NCBI GenBank assembly: GCA_051362555.1
Contig: CM120645.1
Location: 18,414,001 to 18,478,000, forward strand
Length of the DNA stretch: 64,000 bases
From: Lingula anatina
Taxonomy: Eukaryota; Animalia; Brachiopoda
Direction of reading: 5' to 3'
This document shows, piece by piece, positions 12,333 to 25,489 of the stretch (positions within the stretch are counted from its first letter, which is position 1; each line of letters starts with the position of its first letter). The position numbers and the translations under genes are program-made. The notes under the pieces were generated by a model, which saw only the letters and a program-made list of their open reading frames with translations, did no database searches and had not been told where the DNA came from.

Positions 12333-15300
12333 CTGTCATTTATTTTGGTAAAAAAGTTTTGCCATTCACTCAGACTAACAAATATGTGTTACTCAGATTA
12401 TGTAGATTGATATTCTGTATTTATATATCTGTATTTTTTCAGGCCACATGGTAAATATCATAATGCAAAAACATGTCAGGAAAGTGTGTCCTGTAGGGTA
12501 TCATTTTTTTGGCCATGTGAAGGTATATAGCAACTGTTGTAACTTGTTCATTATGTGAAATGGTGATAGTTATCAAAACAACTTCAAGGTACACAAAGGA
12601 GGATTTTTTGCCCCAGAATTCATATAAAATTAATTACATTACATTATAAACTGCAGCAGCATATTTATATGATATACATCCTGGGGTAAACAGCATTTTC
12701 TCCTGATTTACCAACCTATAATCTTCCTTTCCCGACACTTTAGAACTAGATACGCCATTCATTTCCATTGCCTCAACTTACAGGTATGGCAAGGCTCGAG
12801 CCATGACTCCCGCTCTTTTCAAACTATGTCAAGATGACTGTTTACCAAGGTTGGACAGGGAATGGTGGATGTGATATTTTGGGGGGATATAAATTAAGGT
12901 CATTTATCTGTAATTTTATGTTTTGAAAGTTTTAATTGAAGCATTCCTCAATCCTACATTTTGTGTCTTTAATTGTGTTTCTTGAGAGATGACCCAGTGA
13001 TTTTTAAGGGTGTTTAACCCAGGGGGTCAATGCAGGGGAGAATTTAACTTACGGTAGCTACCTATTAATTTGAGACAAAGTTTATTATTTCTCCCAAAAT
13101 GGTGTTTTTTTTTCTGTCTTACACAGAAAGAATATCCAATATTGTGAGTTATTGCATGATAGGGCCATGCTCAAAACACTTTTGGCATTTTAAGTGAGGG
13201 CAACCCCAAGTAGCAAAATTAAGTATCGAGTCTTAAAAACAATTTGGTTATATGATACACATCATTTTATTAGATATTTCTGGGGTTGACCACAAACCAT
13301 ATTGTAAGTTGAGGTGGGCTAGTAGTCTGTTATTTTATGGCACCCTGTACAATTTCAAGAGTGCCTACATCAGGTACGCTGTGAAATAGTGGCCTCATTT
13401 TTCAGGATGTCACAGTCTGTGACATAAACTTTTCAGCTTTCTGGCCATTCGGATCACCAATTTCTTAAGAATCAAATGCAATTTTCATATTATTCAACTT
13501 TCTTTTTGTTAATAATCCTTGAAAATCGTCTTTTCGGTAAGAAACATACCTCGAGATAGAGGAAAGGGGTCAAGATAAGCCTAATTGCAACCTTACATTG
13601 TAAACTGGATGCAGCATATTTAACATTACGCACTTAAATAGCAACATTTGTTGCATGCAGGGTTTTTTCCAGGATTGGGCATCAGGCCTTCTAAAATTAC
13701 CATCTGTAACTTTTAAAAAAATTACTGGGAGTCCAACTTTTCTAAGTGCTGTGAGCGGGGTAGGAGGGTTAAAGATAAAATGAAAATATATATATTTACA
13801 AAATTCAAAGGGGGAGGGGATTGAAATAATGATCTCCCCCTGAAGATCTGCAAATGAAGTTCTAAGTTCCTTGAACTTCATGGCACATTACCGTAACACT
13901 GTTATTTTTTCTTCCACGTATTTGTAAGCTTATACTCTGTCTTATGACAAAAACAAAATTACGTAAAATAAAACATGTCCTATGCATCCAAAAGCATTCC
14001 TAAATCACCTTCATATCAAGTTCTTTGTTTGGGTTTCAAGCTGCATTTTCCTCCGTTTCTGTATGAGGGACCTATCAGATTGAGAATTCTGGGCAGCACC
14101 TCATTTCCTTGGAAAAATGCTTAGGAACTGAATCCTTTTTCAGCCTCTTTACTTGAGGCATGTCACCTGTGAATGATATTTGTAACATATTTATAAATGG
14201 TTATGCTTTCTGATATAATACATCAAATAATCAAATGTCAGTTTCAGAGATCATGAAAATTGTTATTCTGTTAATTTAAAGTAATCAGGTCCTATGAAGA
14301 AGAGGGTTTCATACCGATAAAAACTTGTATTACGATGAAAATTGAATGACATATTTCAAAACAAAAGTTAATTTCTATCATCTGAATCATAAAAGTCAAG
14401 AAATATGGCTTAGAGGTAGAATTATGAGGCTGTGTATGACGTTTTGTTGATCCGTTGATAATAATAAAAGATAACATTAAAAAAGCTATATTAAAATTTC
14501 TCCACTAACTGGAAAATAACTCGGACCCATAAAAACTATAGTAAGTTGCTGCCTTAAATTATATAAATTAAATAATGTAGGAAGTAGCCTTTTTTCCGTG
14601 ATGCTTGTGCTGCCACCAAGCACCTCGGAATCTGACCTTTGTGAGTCGCTAATTGCATCAGAATTGACAGTGGCCTAATTTGTGCATTATTATTGTCTGC
14701 ATTTTGTCTGTACATTTGACAGCTTTGCTGCCCTGTTTGTTCATCATTTTTTTTTTTTTTTTTGCTTTTATTTCTATGCATTTGACAGCTTTGCTCCATC
14801 TTAAGATTAAAATTAAGTTAATCTGTGTTGATATAAATTTTTTTTATTAAAATATATTGTTCATAAATAAGGTGACCTGTCATTGCCTAGCAAAAGGTCT
14901 CAGTTTGAGACTGGAACTTTGGTTAGTTGCTAATGCAAGTTTCTGTATTGGCTAAAAACATCCACTTTTCAGTGTAAAATATTGTCATCAGTGTTATATT
15001 GATCCATGTTTTACTTCAATATTGGTATAGTGAATACGACAGGCCCCATGGGACTATATTGGTTGGTCTATTTCCTCAAGTTAGTCAAAGAACAGTTTTA
15101 ATTAACACATACGCAGCCAGAGTTAAACACTTCTGCCTTGAGGACCAATGTAGAGTTTGTATTATTTATTAGCTATGTATGTGGTGTTATAGTTCACAGG
15201 GCATAAGATGCTATTTCTCTCCTGAGAACCTGGAACCCATTCATGTTCAAAACCCCTTGGTCTTGGACACAGATTTATTTGTAAGACTTTCTGATTAGAA

Positions 15301-15483
15301 ACATTAAATTTGATTGTTTCTCCACATGTTTAAGCAATGCCATTCCTCCTTTCTTCTTTTAAATATTTTACTTTTTGTATTGATAAGGCAGATATTTTAC
15401 CCTACTGGTTTCCATTGGGTGTTTATGAGCTGCTTAGCAAGCAAAGACTCTGATGGAAAGTTGTTGATTCATTGTCAAACTAT

Positions 15484-17015
15484 CAGGGTACGAAACAAGG
15501 ACCGTCCGACAGCCTGGGACAGCTCAATTATCGCCCCGGCTGTCTCTTTCCACAAGTTGCCAGTCCGTTGGTCATTTTCTGGCCTTTATAAAAATGTTTT
15601 ATCAATATGTATGTTCATATAAGCAGATTTGGTTGACATAAAACAAAAACATTGAGGCTCCCCCAGAAATCGGCACTCTCAACAAATGAACATAAACTGA
15701 AAGTACATGGTTATTTACTGTTTTTTCGGCATGCCTAGCCCAAAGACCCTTCACCAAGTTATGAAGTGTCTGCTACAAAGTTTCAAAAGTGGCATTTACA
15801 TGCTTGTTTACAAGGCAAATAATGAACGATGTGTGATCATTCTAGTTCAGAACAACACAATCTTGTCTAATTACGCAGTTTAAGTTTTGATTCTTCTATA
15901 ATCTGTAATAGTAATTTTCTTAACATTTACATAAGCTATACGATGTCTTTCTCATAAGAAAATATAAATGAATGACGTCATGACGCACGTGGGTTATACA
16001 AGATCGCGTCTAAGAAGTCGCAGTCAGGATTACCCCTGTTGCAGTCTACAATCTACAAGTATTTTGGTGCTTATAGTGAATGTGATGCCCCAGCACATAA
16101 GAAAAGAACACGGGAAGATATCAGACAGTCAAATAAAGTGTATGATGACACCAAAAGGAAAAGGTTAGTTGTGCTATCATGGAAAACTAAATTTTCTTGG
16201 TTTATTTGTGATGAGACTGACAGTGAAAATGACAAACTTTTTTGCAAGACCTGTCGAAGTATATTTGCACCATTGGTTTCTAGGAAACAATCACATAGAT
16301 TTAATAAGTATGCCTATGGAACATTTGTAATAGGCGAGTCATGCAACCTTCGACATGCATGACTCACTAGCTAGCTACTCGTGCAGTGACCAAAGGACAC
16401 CATCGTTATGCCGAGCAATATTTGTCAGCAAAAAAGGACTCTTCTGGCACAAGTATTGCAGAAAAGTCAATTCAAGCCCTCAATAAGTCAAGTTTGGATA
16501 AAGTTCAGCACCTGGTACGAACTGTTCATGCACTTCCCAAGTCTTGACCACTTTCTGATTTTATGTGTCAGTGTGAGCTCGATGAGAAAAAAAAGCATTG
16601 ACATAGGTCAAACATACAAAAATGTACATAGTGCCAAACAGTTTATGATATCAGTTGCAGAGGACAACAATAGGATTGAAGGCAAGTTATCTCAGGCTAT
16701 CTATATTACTGTTATGTCAGATGGTATCAATATTTCTGTTACAAAAAATTAGGTTGTGTATGTCCATGGTGAATCACACTTTTCCGATTTAGGTTTAGAG
16801 CATAACGTTTCAGATGCTGACAGTGAAGAATCTACTTGAATAAATTCACATTGAGACTAAGAGTCCTTGTTTTAATATTGTTCTTGCCTGCAATTGATTT
16901 AATCAGGTAATTTCCAAAAAAACTCAGGACTGGCTACTTTTGGTCAGGGCTGGCTACTTTTTAAAGTTGCCAGCCTTGCTGTCCGGCTTCAAATTTCTTC
17001 GAATTTCATACCCTG
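15484..17015 (+). mobile_element. Internally deleted hAT DNA transposon with decayed ZNF862/C17orf113-like transposase
   Basis: TIRs CAGGGTACGAAA / TTTCATACCCTG; AAACTAT duplicated on both sides; fragments WKTKFSWF..KLFCKTC (TTF-type zinc finger), YKNVHSAKQF and ITVMSDG with stops and frameshifts. Confidence 0.8.
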
Positions 17016-17789
17016 AAACTATACTTAAGAATTCAGTCACTTGACCTCCATGGGTTCAGTTTGATTATGAATTTACTATACATAGTTATCTGAATTGCCC
17101 TTTTTCTAGAATTGTGATTTGAAAAAGGAGTGCTGTTTTCTGGTATCTTATGATGAAAATACTGTGTTGTAAGGAAGTGTAAATCAAGCAGAACTGTATC
17201 TGAAAACAGCTCCATCAGTCAGTTCACTATAACTAAAAATACATGTATACACAACCCAGTATCAATGCTCAGTGATCCAGCAGATAAATGTTACAGGCAG
17301 CTGTTGAAAAAATAGGGGTGATAAAGTGAAATTATTAAAGTGATCATTGTTAGAACTCATTTCATTAGGACCGTTTATGTGCTTGATCAGAGTATTTTGG
17401 GGAATTATCTGATATTTTTTGGGGATTATCTTCCAAAAGTGGAGGCATTTATTATGATAGTTTATTATGGTTAGATGATTTCTGGTGTGTGTGGGGATTT
17501 CCTTAGGTACAATTGCAGCAACAATTGCCAGATTTAAATACCATTAAGAAAATGTTAATAAAACTTAGATCTGAAATAATTAAAGTAAATTATGAGCAAT
17601 TGTTTCCTTGCACTAGGTGACTGGAGTGAAATGGGTCACAAAATGATTTCAAATGTTCCTTCAATTTTAAGTCTATGCATCATGCCAACACATTAATATC
17701 AGGTTACAAATTGATTGTACATTTTGTTAAAGATTTGAAATCAACTTATCAGTCAAATGCCACTTCACTTGTCTGAATTTGAAACATAA

Positions 17790-19028
17790 TTTTTATTATG
17801 TAATATAGCCATCACTCGTGTCTGTCGTCACCTTCATCACCATACCCTTGCAGTGCACTTTCAGTGATAACACGATAAGTGAATAACTCTTTGAACTTTT
17901 GTCTTCAAACTTGATGAAAATTCATTAAGGTGGAGTTCGAAAAAAAAAAGTAGCATGATAAGGCCATTTTTTCAAATAGTAATGCTTTTTTAAAAACTTT
18001 ATTCAGCAGACATGTAACACTGACAGCACATTTGAAGGAAAACCCATAGGCCTATTGTCTTGAAACTCACAGGAGTGATCAATCTTACTAAAATACAAGT
18101 CGAGTTCGAAAATCACCTTAACAAAACATAACAAAACAAAAGTTATGCATTTTTTTCCCTTTTTTCTTACTTTATCCACCATTACTTTTCATACTTTATC
18201 CAACATATGTTGTATTTTGCTTTAAAACTTGTAAGACTGATTCATAGGACTAATATACAGATCAGGTTGGAAAATAAGCTTGATCAGTTCAGTTTTGATG
18301 AAGTTATGTCCCTTATTGTATATTATTAAGTGTGTTTTTACTCAGATTCAATTCTTATGAAGATTCATTCCTTTACTATGTTCAGAATCTCAGAATGTAG
18401 CATTTGGATGTTTAAAATTGTTCTGCTGATATTTTTCCCATCTTAACAATTTTCTTAGTTGATTGAATAAAAATGACAGTAAATTGATTGTTTTGTTGTA
18501 TGTAAAAAATGGTTGAAAATGAAACTAAACATTTCTTCATATCCATGTTACCTGCAGTGCATAATTAAATATTGGTGGTGATTATGCTGTTATGTATTTT
18601 GTAATCTAAATTCAAAATTGAAGAAAACACTTTTTTGGTTATAAACGCCATAGTGGCCATTAAAGGAGAACAATGTAACTTACTCTTCTCAAACTTACAG
18701 GAAAGAAACAAGACTAAAATACAGCTTCAGTTGGAAAATTAGTCTGAATGGATTATTTTTCTGGAAGTTTTACAGTTTTTCATGAAAATATAAATTTTCA
18801 CATATTGGCATTTTCAAGTTGTTACTTTGAAGACCTTTGCTGTTCACATTTTCTGAACATCCATGATACTTCTGTTATTATTAAAAGTTGCTGGTGATTA
18901 TGCTGTTAAGAATTATGTAATATAGCATCAAAATTGAAGAAAACCCTTTTTTGAACACTGCCACCATGATGACCTTCAAGAGAAAACCATGCTATTTATG
19001 ATTTTCAAACTTACAAAAAACAAAAATA

Positions 19029-19071
<43 letters not shown>

Positions 19072-19200
19072 AGGAATAAAATGCAGCCTAAGTTGGAAAA
19101 TCAGTCTAATGGCTTCTTTTTCTGGAAGTTATACATTTTTATAAAATTTTCATTTTTCACATATTGGCATTTTCAATGTGGGACTTAAAACTCCCACGGG
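17790..19200 (+). mobile_element. Diverged, 3'-truncated HINE-like copy
   Basis: TATAGCCATCAC..GTCTGTCGTC head, CTCACAGGAGTGATCAATCTTACTAA and GTTCAGAATCTCAGAATG shared with 45014-49506. Confidence 0.7.
19028..19072. repeat. (TAAA)n microsatellite
   Basis: Direct reading. Confidence 0.9.
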
Positions 19201-20162
19201 TACGAAGCCTAGTAGATACTTAAAAAGTAGTGGTAATTATTCCATTATGTGATAAATGTGCATATATAGTCCAGAAGAAACACAATCTGAAGAAAAATGA
19301 AAATTGTAAAGTGTGTTTTGCCTTATTATTTAAATCTCCTTTAACACATTAAAACTCTTTTAAGTGGTAAGATATCCAATTGCAGTTCAGCCTCTATATT
19401 TAGATTCTGTTTCATTGTGGAATTTCATCAAAGGGGTTTATCTGTGCAATCTATGATTACCTGATTATAGTGAAATGCATCAGATGGCTCTGAACAACCA
19501 AATACTTAATTTCGTCCTTTTCTGCCCTGATACTCACAAAGTCGACCAAGCAATAATAAATCTACCAGATCACTTTAAGGAAATTACTTATCAGTAAATT
19601 AACATTTATGTATTGGTTGAGCACCTATCTTTTACAACCTTCTTGAGTGGTTATTCCAAATAAGGGTTTGGTTACCCCCTGCAGAGCACTTCCGATGCAA
19701 CAGGTGAAGCAATTGTCTACTTAGATCAGGACCTCTCATTCTCATTTCCTGTTTGTTTAGGAGAAACACAGTGCAGCTAAAACACTCCCTAACAAGGGGA
19801 AAAAATTTGTATAGTAAATGAGTTCTAAAACCATTACATGCGAAGTGAAATTAGCCAATTGGCACCACCTTCCAACCATTAGGAAAAAGGAGAAAATTCA
19901 ATTTTCTTAACTGAAAATCTTGGGTCTGATCAAGCAAAGCAAACAGTAGAAATTGACGTCACTCCCTCCTTGGTGTTGATTTCAACCATGTGAAATGAAT
20001 GTGAAACAAATCTCACCAGGGGTAGCTGCTGTTCAGACATAAATTCTCAATCAATTAACCTGCCATGTGGCCACCGGATCTAGGTCCTCAGCAATTCTGA
20101 GCATTTCAACTATTTCAATTGCTGGGGCATGCCCCGTCTATGTAGCTATGCGGTCTGTGGGG

Positions 20163-20199
20163 TATAAATAGGGCTGGATTCATTGACTGAACTTCATTC
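20163..20199 (+). promoter_or_regulatory. TATA box and initiator of the + strand LRR gene
   Basis: TATAAATA at 20163-20170 in GC-rich flanks; TCATTC (Inr-like TCAKTY) at 20194-20199, about 30 nt downstream and about 150 nt before the ATG. Confidence 0.6.
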
Positions 20200-20348
20200 A
20201 TGCTCTTGAGCTTGGACAACTGAGATAGACTAAGTCTGGTGTTACTTCTGTTTTTCTATGCTTAAAAAATAGCTGATAACTGTGCTGACTTCATTTAAAG
20301 CCAAGAGTTATAATAGTTGATATTCTACGTAGGGGAGAAACCTTCGCC

Positions 20349-21452
20349 ATGTTTTACTGTGCTGTAATCTTCACCATCTTGGCCAGCCTGGCTGCATTTT
20401 ACCCTGTGGTATCTGGGCATAGCCTTGGTGGACACCGAATGGACAAAAGTATGTATCTAAAGCTAACTGACCGATGGTATCGTTGGCCAGAGAAGTGCCC
20501 ATTCTCCAAGGACTCTGGCTGCTCTTGCTTAGGAAGCAACCGCCAGAAGAAAGTTGTGTGTGAGGGTAAGGGTGTCACCACCCTCCCTAGCTTTACCCAC
20601 CTGCCTGCCCTGAGTGAACTAGTTCTTAAGAACACTGCTCTTAAGGGGCTGACAAAATCCACTTTTACCCATGTCCGTGCCCATGGTGTTACAATTGAAG
20701 GTGGTGATCTTGGAAATCGCATCCAGTTGGGAGCATTAGATGGACTTAAATATAGTTTGAGAACTCTGACCATCAAGAATGCTGCACTCACAACCCTTCC
20801 TCAGGGTCTGTTCAGGAAACTGAGACGTCTACGCCGCATGAAAATTGAAGGTAACCCTGACCTTAAAATCCTCCCAGCTGGTATTTTCAGTGGTCTGAGA
20901 AACCTGCAGTATCTCTTCTTGGACAACAATGGTCTTCGCACCCTCCCTCAGGATATTTTTTCCAGAATGTCCAAACTCAATGTATTATCTATTGTTCGAA
21001 ATAGATTGAGGAGACTATCTGACAACACATTCAGTGGACTGTCTCGCCTGGAGTCATTATTTTTAGATGGGAATGGACTGACCACTGTTCCTTCTGGACT
21101 GCTGAGAGCACTGCACGGACTGGTCATTGTATCCTTTAAAAACAACAAGATAGCTAAAGTTGAGAGCAAGGCATTTGAGGGACCTCTAATGCTTCAGTGG
21201 CTGGACTTATCTGATAACCACTTGACCACTGTAAGCCCTTGTATGTTCTCTGGACTGGACTCTGGGGTTGGTGTGAACCTTGAAAACAATGCAATCACTT
21301 GCAGCTGTGCATTGCAGTGGTGGAGGGATGTCAGGAACGTGTTCCCTATGGGTGTGTGCCACGGACCTGGTGGTGCTGCAGGGAAAGAATTGATAGAGTT
21401 CTCTAATCCTGCTTGTGAACTGATAATGGAGTCCACAGAGTTGCTCTGTTGA
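20349..21452 (+). CDS. Secreted LRR-only protein, 367 aa (signal peptide, LRRNT, typical LRRs, LRRCT, terminal Cys); nested in GPKOW intron, same strand
   Basis: Intact ORF with GCCATG start context; hydrophobic N-terminus MFYCAVIFTILASLAAFYPVVSG; CP..CSC..VVC cap; repeated LxxLxLxxNxLxxLPxxxFxGL; NAITCSC..C..C cap; no TM segment; visibly higher GC than flanks. Confidence 0.93.
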   Translation: MFYCAVIFTILASLAAFYPVVSGHSLGGHRMDKSMYLKLTDRWYRWPEKCPFSKDSGCSCLGSNRQKKVVCEGKGVTTLPSFTHLPALSELVLKNTALKGLTKSTFTHVRAHGVTIEGGDLGNRIQLGALDGLKYSLRTLTIKNAALTTLPQGLFRKLRRLRRMKIEGNPDLKILPAGIFSGLRNLQYLFLDNNGLRTLPQDIFSRMSKLNVLSIVRNRLRRLSDNTFSGLSRLESLFLDGNGLTTVPSGLLRALHGLVIVSFKNNKIAKVESKAFEGPLMLQWLDLSDNHLTTVSPCMFSGLDSGVGVNLENNAITCSCALQWWRDVRNVFPMGVCHGPGGAAGKELIEFSNPACELIMESTELLC

Positions 21453-23460
21453 TAGTCTGCAGAATGATTCCGTATAATACACTGTAAATACTGTACATAC
21501 TGTGTAAATAGCAAAGTTTGTACAAATTAATGTGAAAAAGACAATTGTTAATTTATTTGTGAAGAATAATTTGTGTACATATCTTATAATATGTCTCTAT
21601 TTTATTTTGTTCTTTATGTGATATCAGGGTTAAACGGGACATTTTTCAGGTTAAGGCTGAATAACTACTGCATTTATGTGTCATGTTTAAAACTACATCT
21701 TATTGCACTTAAAGAATGATTGGATTTGATGGTGCACATCACATGAGATCACATTAAATTTTTTCTTGGTCAGTTAACAGTTATTTCCGTTTATGACTTC
21801 AACATGTTGTGTGCCAGCTAGTTACACAGCATGTGAAGTGGTTAACTAAAGTTTGTCAAATGAGCAGTAGCAACCAACAACATTAAGAGGAGACTTTCCA
21901 TAGTTAAACATACAATTGTCTGTTTAATAGACAGTGAACAGAGCCCTCACTTTGATCTAAGAGCAAAAAGTAATTTAGCTGAAAAAGAGAGGTTGATTTT
22001 CAAATTCTGCTGACATCCCTGTCACATGTTAGTCAAGTTTTATCTTCAAACAGCATTATAAGTGGACTATATATTCTGTCTACTACTCTGCCCTGTGGTA
22101 ATTTGTATCATATATATATATATATATATAAGGGACCAAAGTGGGAAATGGTACCCCACTTGGTGAATACTTGTGAGTGCAATTTTCCTTTTTTTACTTG
22201 TAAAATGTGTGCAATTTTTGACCTGAACATACTATGTTAACTTGATAGGAAAATTGAGGAAGTGCGTAAGTAAAAACTATTTAAAATTTGATGAAATAAT
22301 GTGCATTACTTCCAGTTGCCTTGAATGTGTTAACCAAATGCCATTGGAAAAGATTGGAAGATTTCCAAATAATTTGTACCACAGTTGAAGAGGTGAACAT
22401 TTTATGGGAAAACACAGCTGAAATTAGACCTTGCAAAGAATGTTGTGTAATCATTACCAAAATATCTCAGAGATTGTTGAATGTTAACTGCATTTTAAGT
22501 CATAGAACAGCATTGAGGTATATTATCAGCCAGCCAGGTACAGAAAACATATTAAGGAAAATTATGTTTTTAAGCCCACATGGCTAAAATCTGTCTTTGG
22601 TATTAATCCAAATGAAGTGTGTAAATATTTTAAGTTATGACTCGTTCCTGTTGGAATGAAAAATTGTATTTTAACCTTGTTGTTTTTTTCACTGAAGGTA
22701 TAGAATGTGTTGAATAAATTGTTTTTACAGAATTTAAGACAATGCGTTTTGTTATTATTGGATAAAAATTGAATGTGAATATTTGGATGTGTCACTGGGG
22801 TAGTAATATCAGCTCTGAGTGGAAAGGGAATTCTAAGATATATTATAGTTGTACTTGAGTCTGCATGCACTTGGATTTTAAGCAGGGTAAAGGTATGAAT
22901 AATAATGTAGTTGAATGAGGTGAAGGTCATTTATAAACAGGCACTATATGTGAATATATATTTACCAGTAGATCTCTGTGTCAGTCTGTCATCACTTGTC
23001 ATCTTCTGTTAGCCTTGATTAAACAAACTTTATTCATTTATTTCATATTGCATATTTCTTCCAAGAACTTTTGGGTATAATGTATATGACTTTTAGTTTT
23101 ATCTGGTTTATATTGCATGTAGGAAGGAGTGAATTAAAGAATATTTAGGATTGTAAGACTATCTCTCCCCCCCCCCCCCCCCCCCCGTTATTCCCCTTAA
23201 AGTAATATATATATATATACATACATACAAGTGTTAAGTGATAAGTGCAAAGTTCAAAAATTTCATTCATTTTTTTAAATATTTTAATGTGATAATGCTA
23301 CACCATCATTAAATAAATTATCATATAACAAATTCTTTTTTCATTGAGAACAAGTACAGAAAGTTTTATTAAGTATCTAATCAAAGTATAACCACCTATT
23401 CTCCAGGTAAAGATGGGGTAAACTACTGAACAAGTAAACATATTTTATGACTATTTTTTA

Positions 23461-23614
23461 GTGTGGTGGGTAGTGGGTTGGTGGGTGTGGGTAGTGGGTT
23501 GGTGGGTAGGTGGGTTGGTGGGTTGGTGGGTGTGGGTAGTGGGTTGGTGGGTGTGGGTAGTGGGTTGGTGGGTGTGGGTAGTGGGTAGGTGGGTAGTGGG
23601 TTGGTGGGTGTGGG
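23461..23614 (+). repeat. G-rich minisatellite, about 21-bp unit
   Basis: TGGGTAGTGGGTTGGTGGGTG repeated with variants. Confidence 0.9.
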
Positions 23615-25489
23615 TCAAGCAGTTAAAAGTGACAGATAATCAAAGGGCTACCTGGATAAATGAGATGCACCTTGATTCAAAGTGAGCAACTTTGATTAAG
23701 GGGACAGCGATGAACCAATTAAAAGTACAGTTAATTGATGAAAGGATTACCTAGATGAGTGACATCATCTGTTTACCCACCATAACCAGGAGATAAACTT
23801 CGATCAGATTTTTGATAAAATATTTTGTACTTGTACTCCGTGGAAATAATTTGTGAAATGAAATTAATATTCTCTATCCTTGAATTGCACAATCACATTA
23901 AGAAATATTTATAAAATGGAGTGTGACAATCTTATTTGGGAACATAATGGCATGGTGCAGACAGCTTGATCTAAATTCCACAGAAAACTACCTCTATTAG
24001 GCCAAAAATGACCACAAAATTGCAAATTAATGGCTATCAAAACCCTTGAAATAATTTCTGTGTATTATTAAAAACTTCATAATTCTTCCCATATAGACAG
24101 TAGTCCCTTTTCTACTAACTACTAGACTATAGAGAGATAATTTGCTCGCAACTGAAACCCAGGCAATAGTAATTTGTACAACTGTATTTTCAGAAATTTG
24201 CCCAAAGCTTGCCCTAGAAATACAGTTTGTACATTTTTATAGTTCAGCCAATGGATCATTTTAAAAGATTCATTGGTAGCTCTCGTCTGAAGCTTTAAAA
24301 AAGCTTTGGATTGCTTAGAATGCAACTCTTGCAGGTTTCACCCCCTGTCAGAGGCCTTCCTGGTCAGTTTTTTCCAAGATTTTCAAAATTCCCTAAACCA
24401 AAGTTATTGGATTTTTTTTTATTTTGCATAGACATATTTGAGACGTGCCCAATACATATAAAAACGTTTTTGTTTCAGTTTAAGTTTGTAAGGATTCTTT
24501 ATTTTTGGTGAAAAGACAGGTAGAGGTAAAAATCAGTATGGTTAGTTAATTGTTACCAAAGTTGGTTCACTTGTGTTTTACAATCCTGTTGTCTGTTGTT
24601 GTCTTAAACTCAATATATTGTGCTATGTAAGGAGTTGTTACATGTTAGAATTGTATAGGAATTGTATCTTAATTTGTTTTACGGGAAGTAGTAAGTTTTT
24701 TCATTTTGCTAATTAAAAATTCTAATCAGGAGCTGATCCTGTACACATTGTTGAGATTGAAAACTTGTTTCAGATGGCAAGCTGCAAAACGGTAATGTTT
24801 TGAAAGGCAGGTATACGTGTTCATGATGTTGACAAACAATAGAATGGCTGATTTTTTTTTTTATTTGATATTTACTGGAATGTGCTAATTTATGTTCAAA
24901 TGGAGCAGTGGGACCATTTGCCAGTTTTGCTCTAGTTTCTTATACTATTTTGGTATAACTTGTGACTTGTATACAGTACATTTATACCAAAGGACAACAA
25001 TAAGTGTAGAAGCTTCTTTTGTCCATAGATGCTGAATGCTAGTTGTTACTTGAAAATGTAAAACTTATCATGTACAGATCCACGTTATACAAAGTTACCA
25101 ACTTGATAATGTATTCTGAAGCCCTATTGACATTTTGACCTGAAGGACACTCAAATGACACAAGTGATCTGAAAATTCATATGTTTTAGAGATTGTTTAT
25201 AAAACATTATTCAAGCATATTAGTACTTTACTGAATAACTGAGGTGTTCTTTCACTGAATACAGCGACCAGGCTGACATGTGCATTTTCTGTCAGTTTGG
25301 AACACTGTGGTCAAAACAAAAACTTGTGTTTCTTTTTTCGGCCAGTATATACATATCTTGTGTGAGAACTAAGGAATTACAGAGTGCTTTTTCACTCCAG
25401 CTATGTTGTTTTAGAAAATGGTTCATGAAATACTCTCGAATTTTGTAAGTCAAGTTGTATGCTTGTTAAATTATTTAATTTCCATTTAA

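Noticed and set aside
20399-21514. Minus-strand ORFs overlapping the first LRR gene
   Set aside because: Shadow ORFs of the GC-richer LRR coding sequence; no motifs
23461-23685. W/V/G-rich 74-aa ORF
   Set aside because: Translation of a G-rich minisatellite
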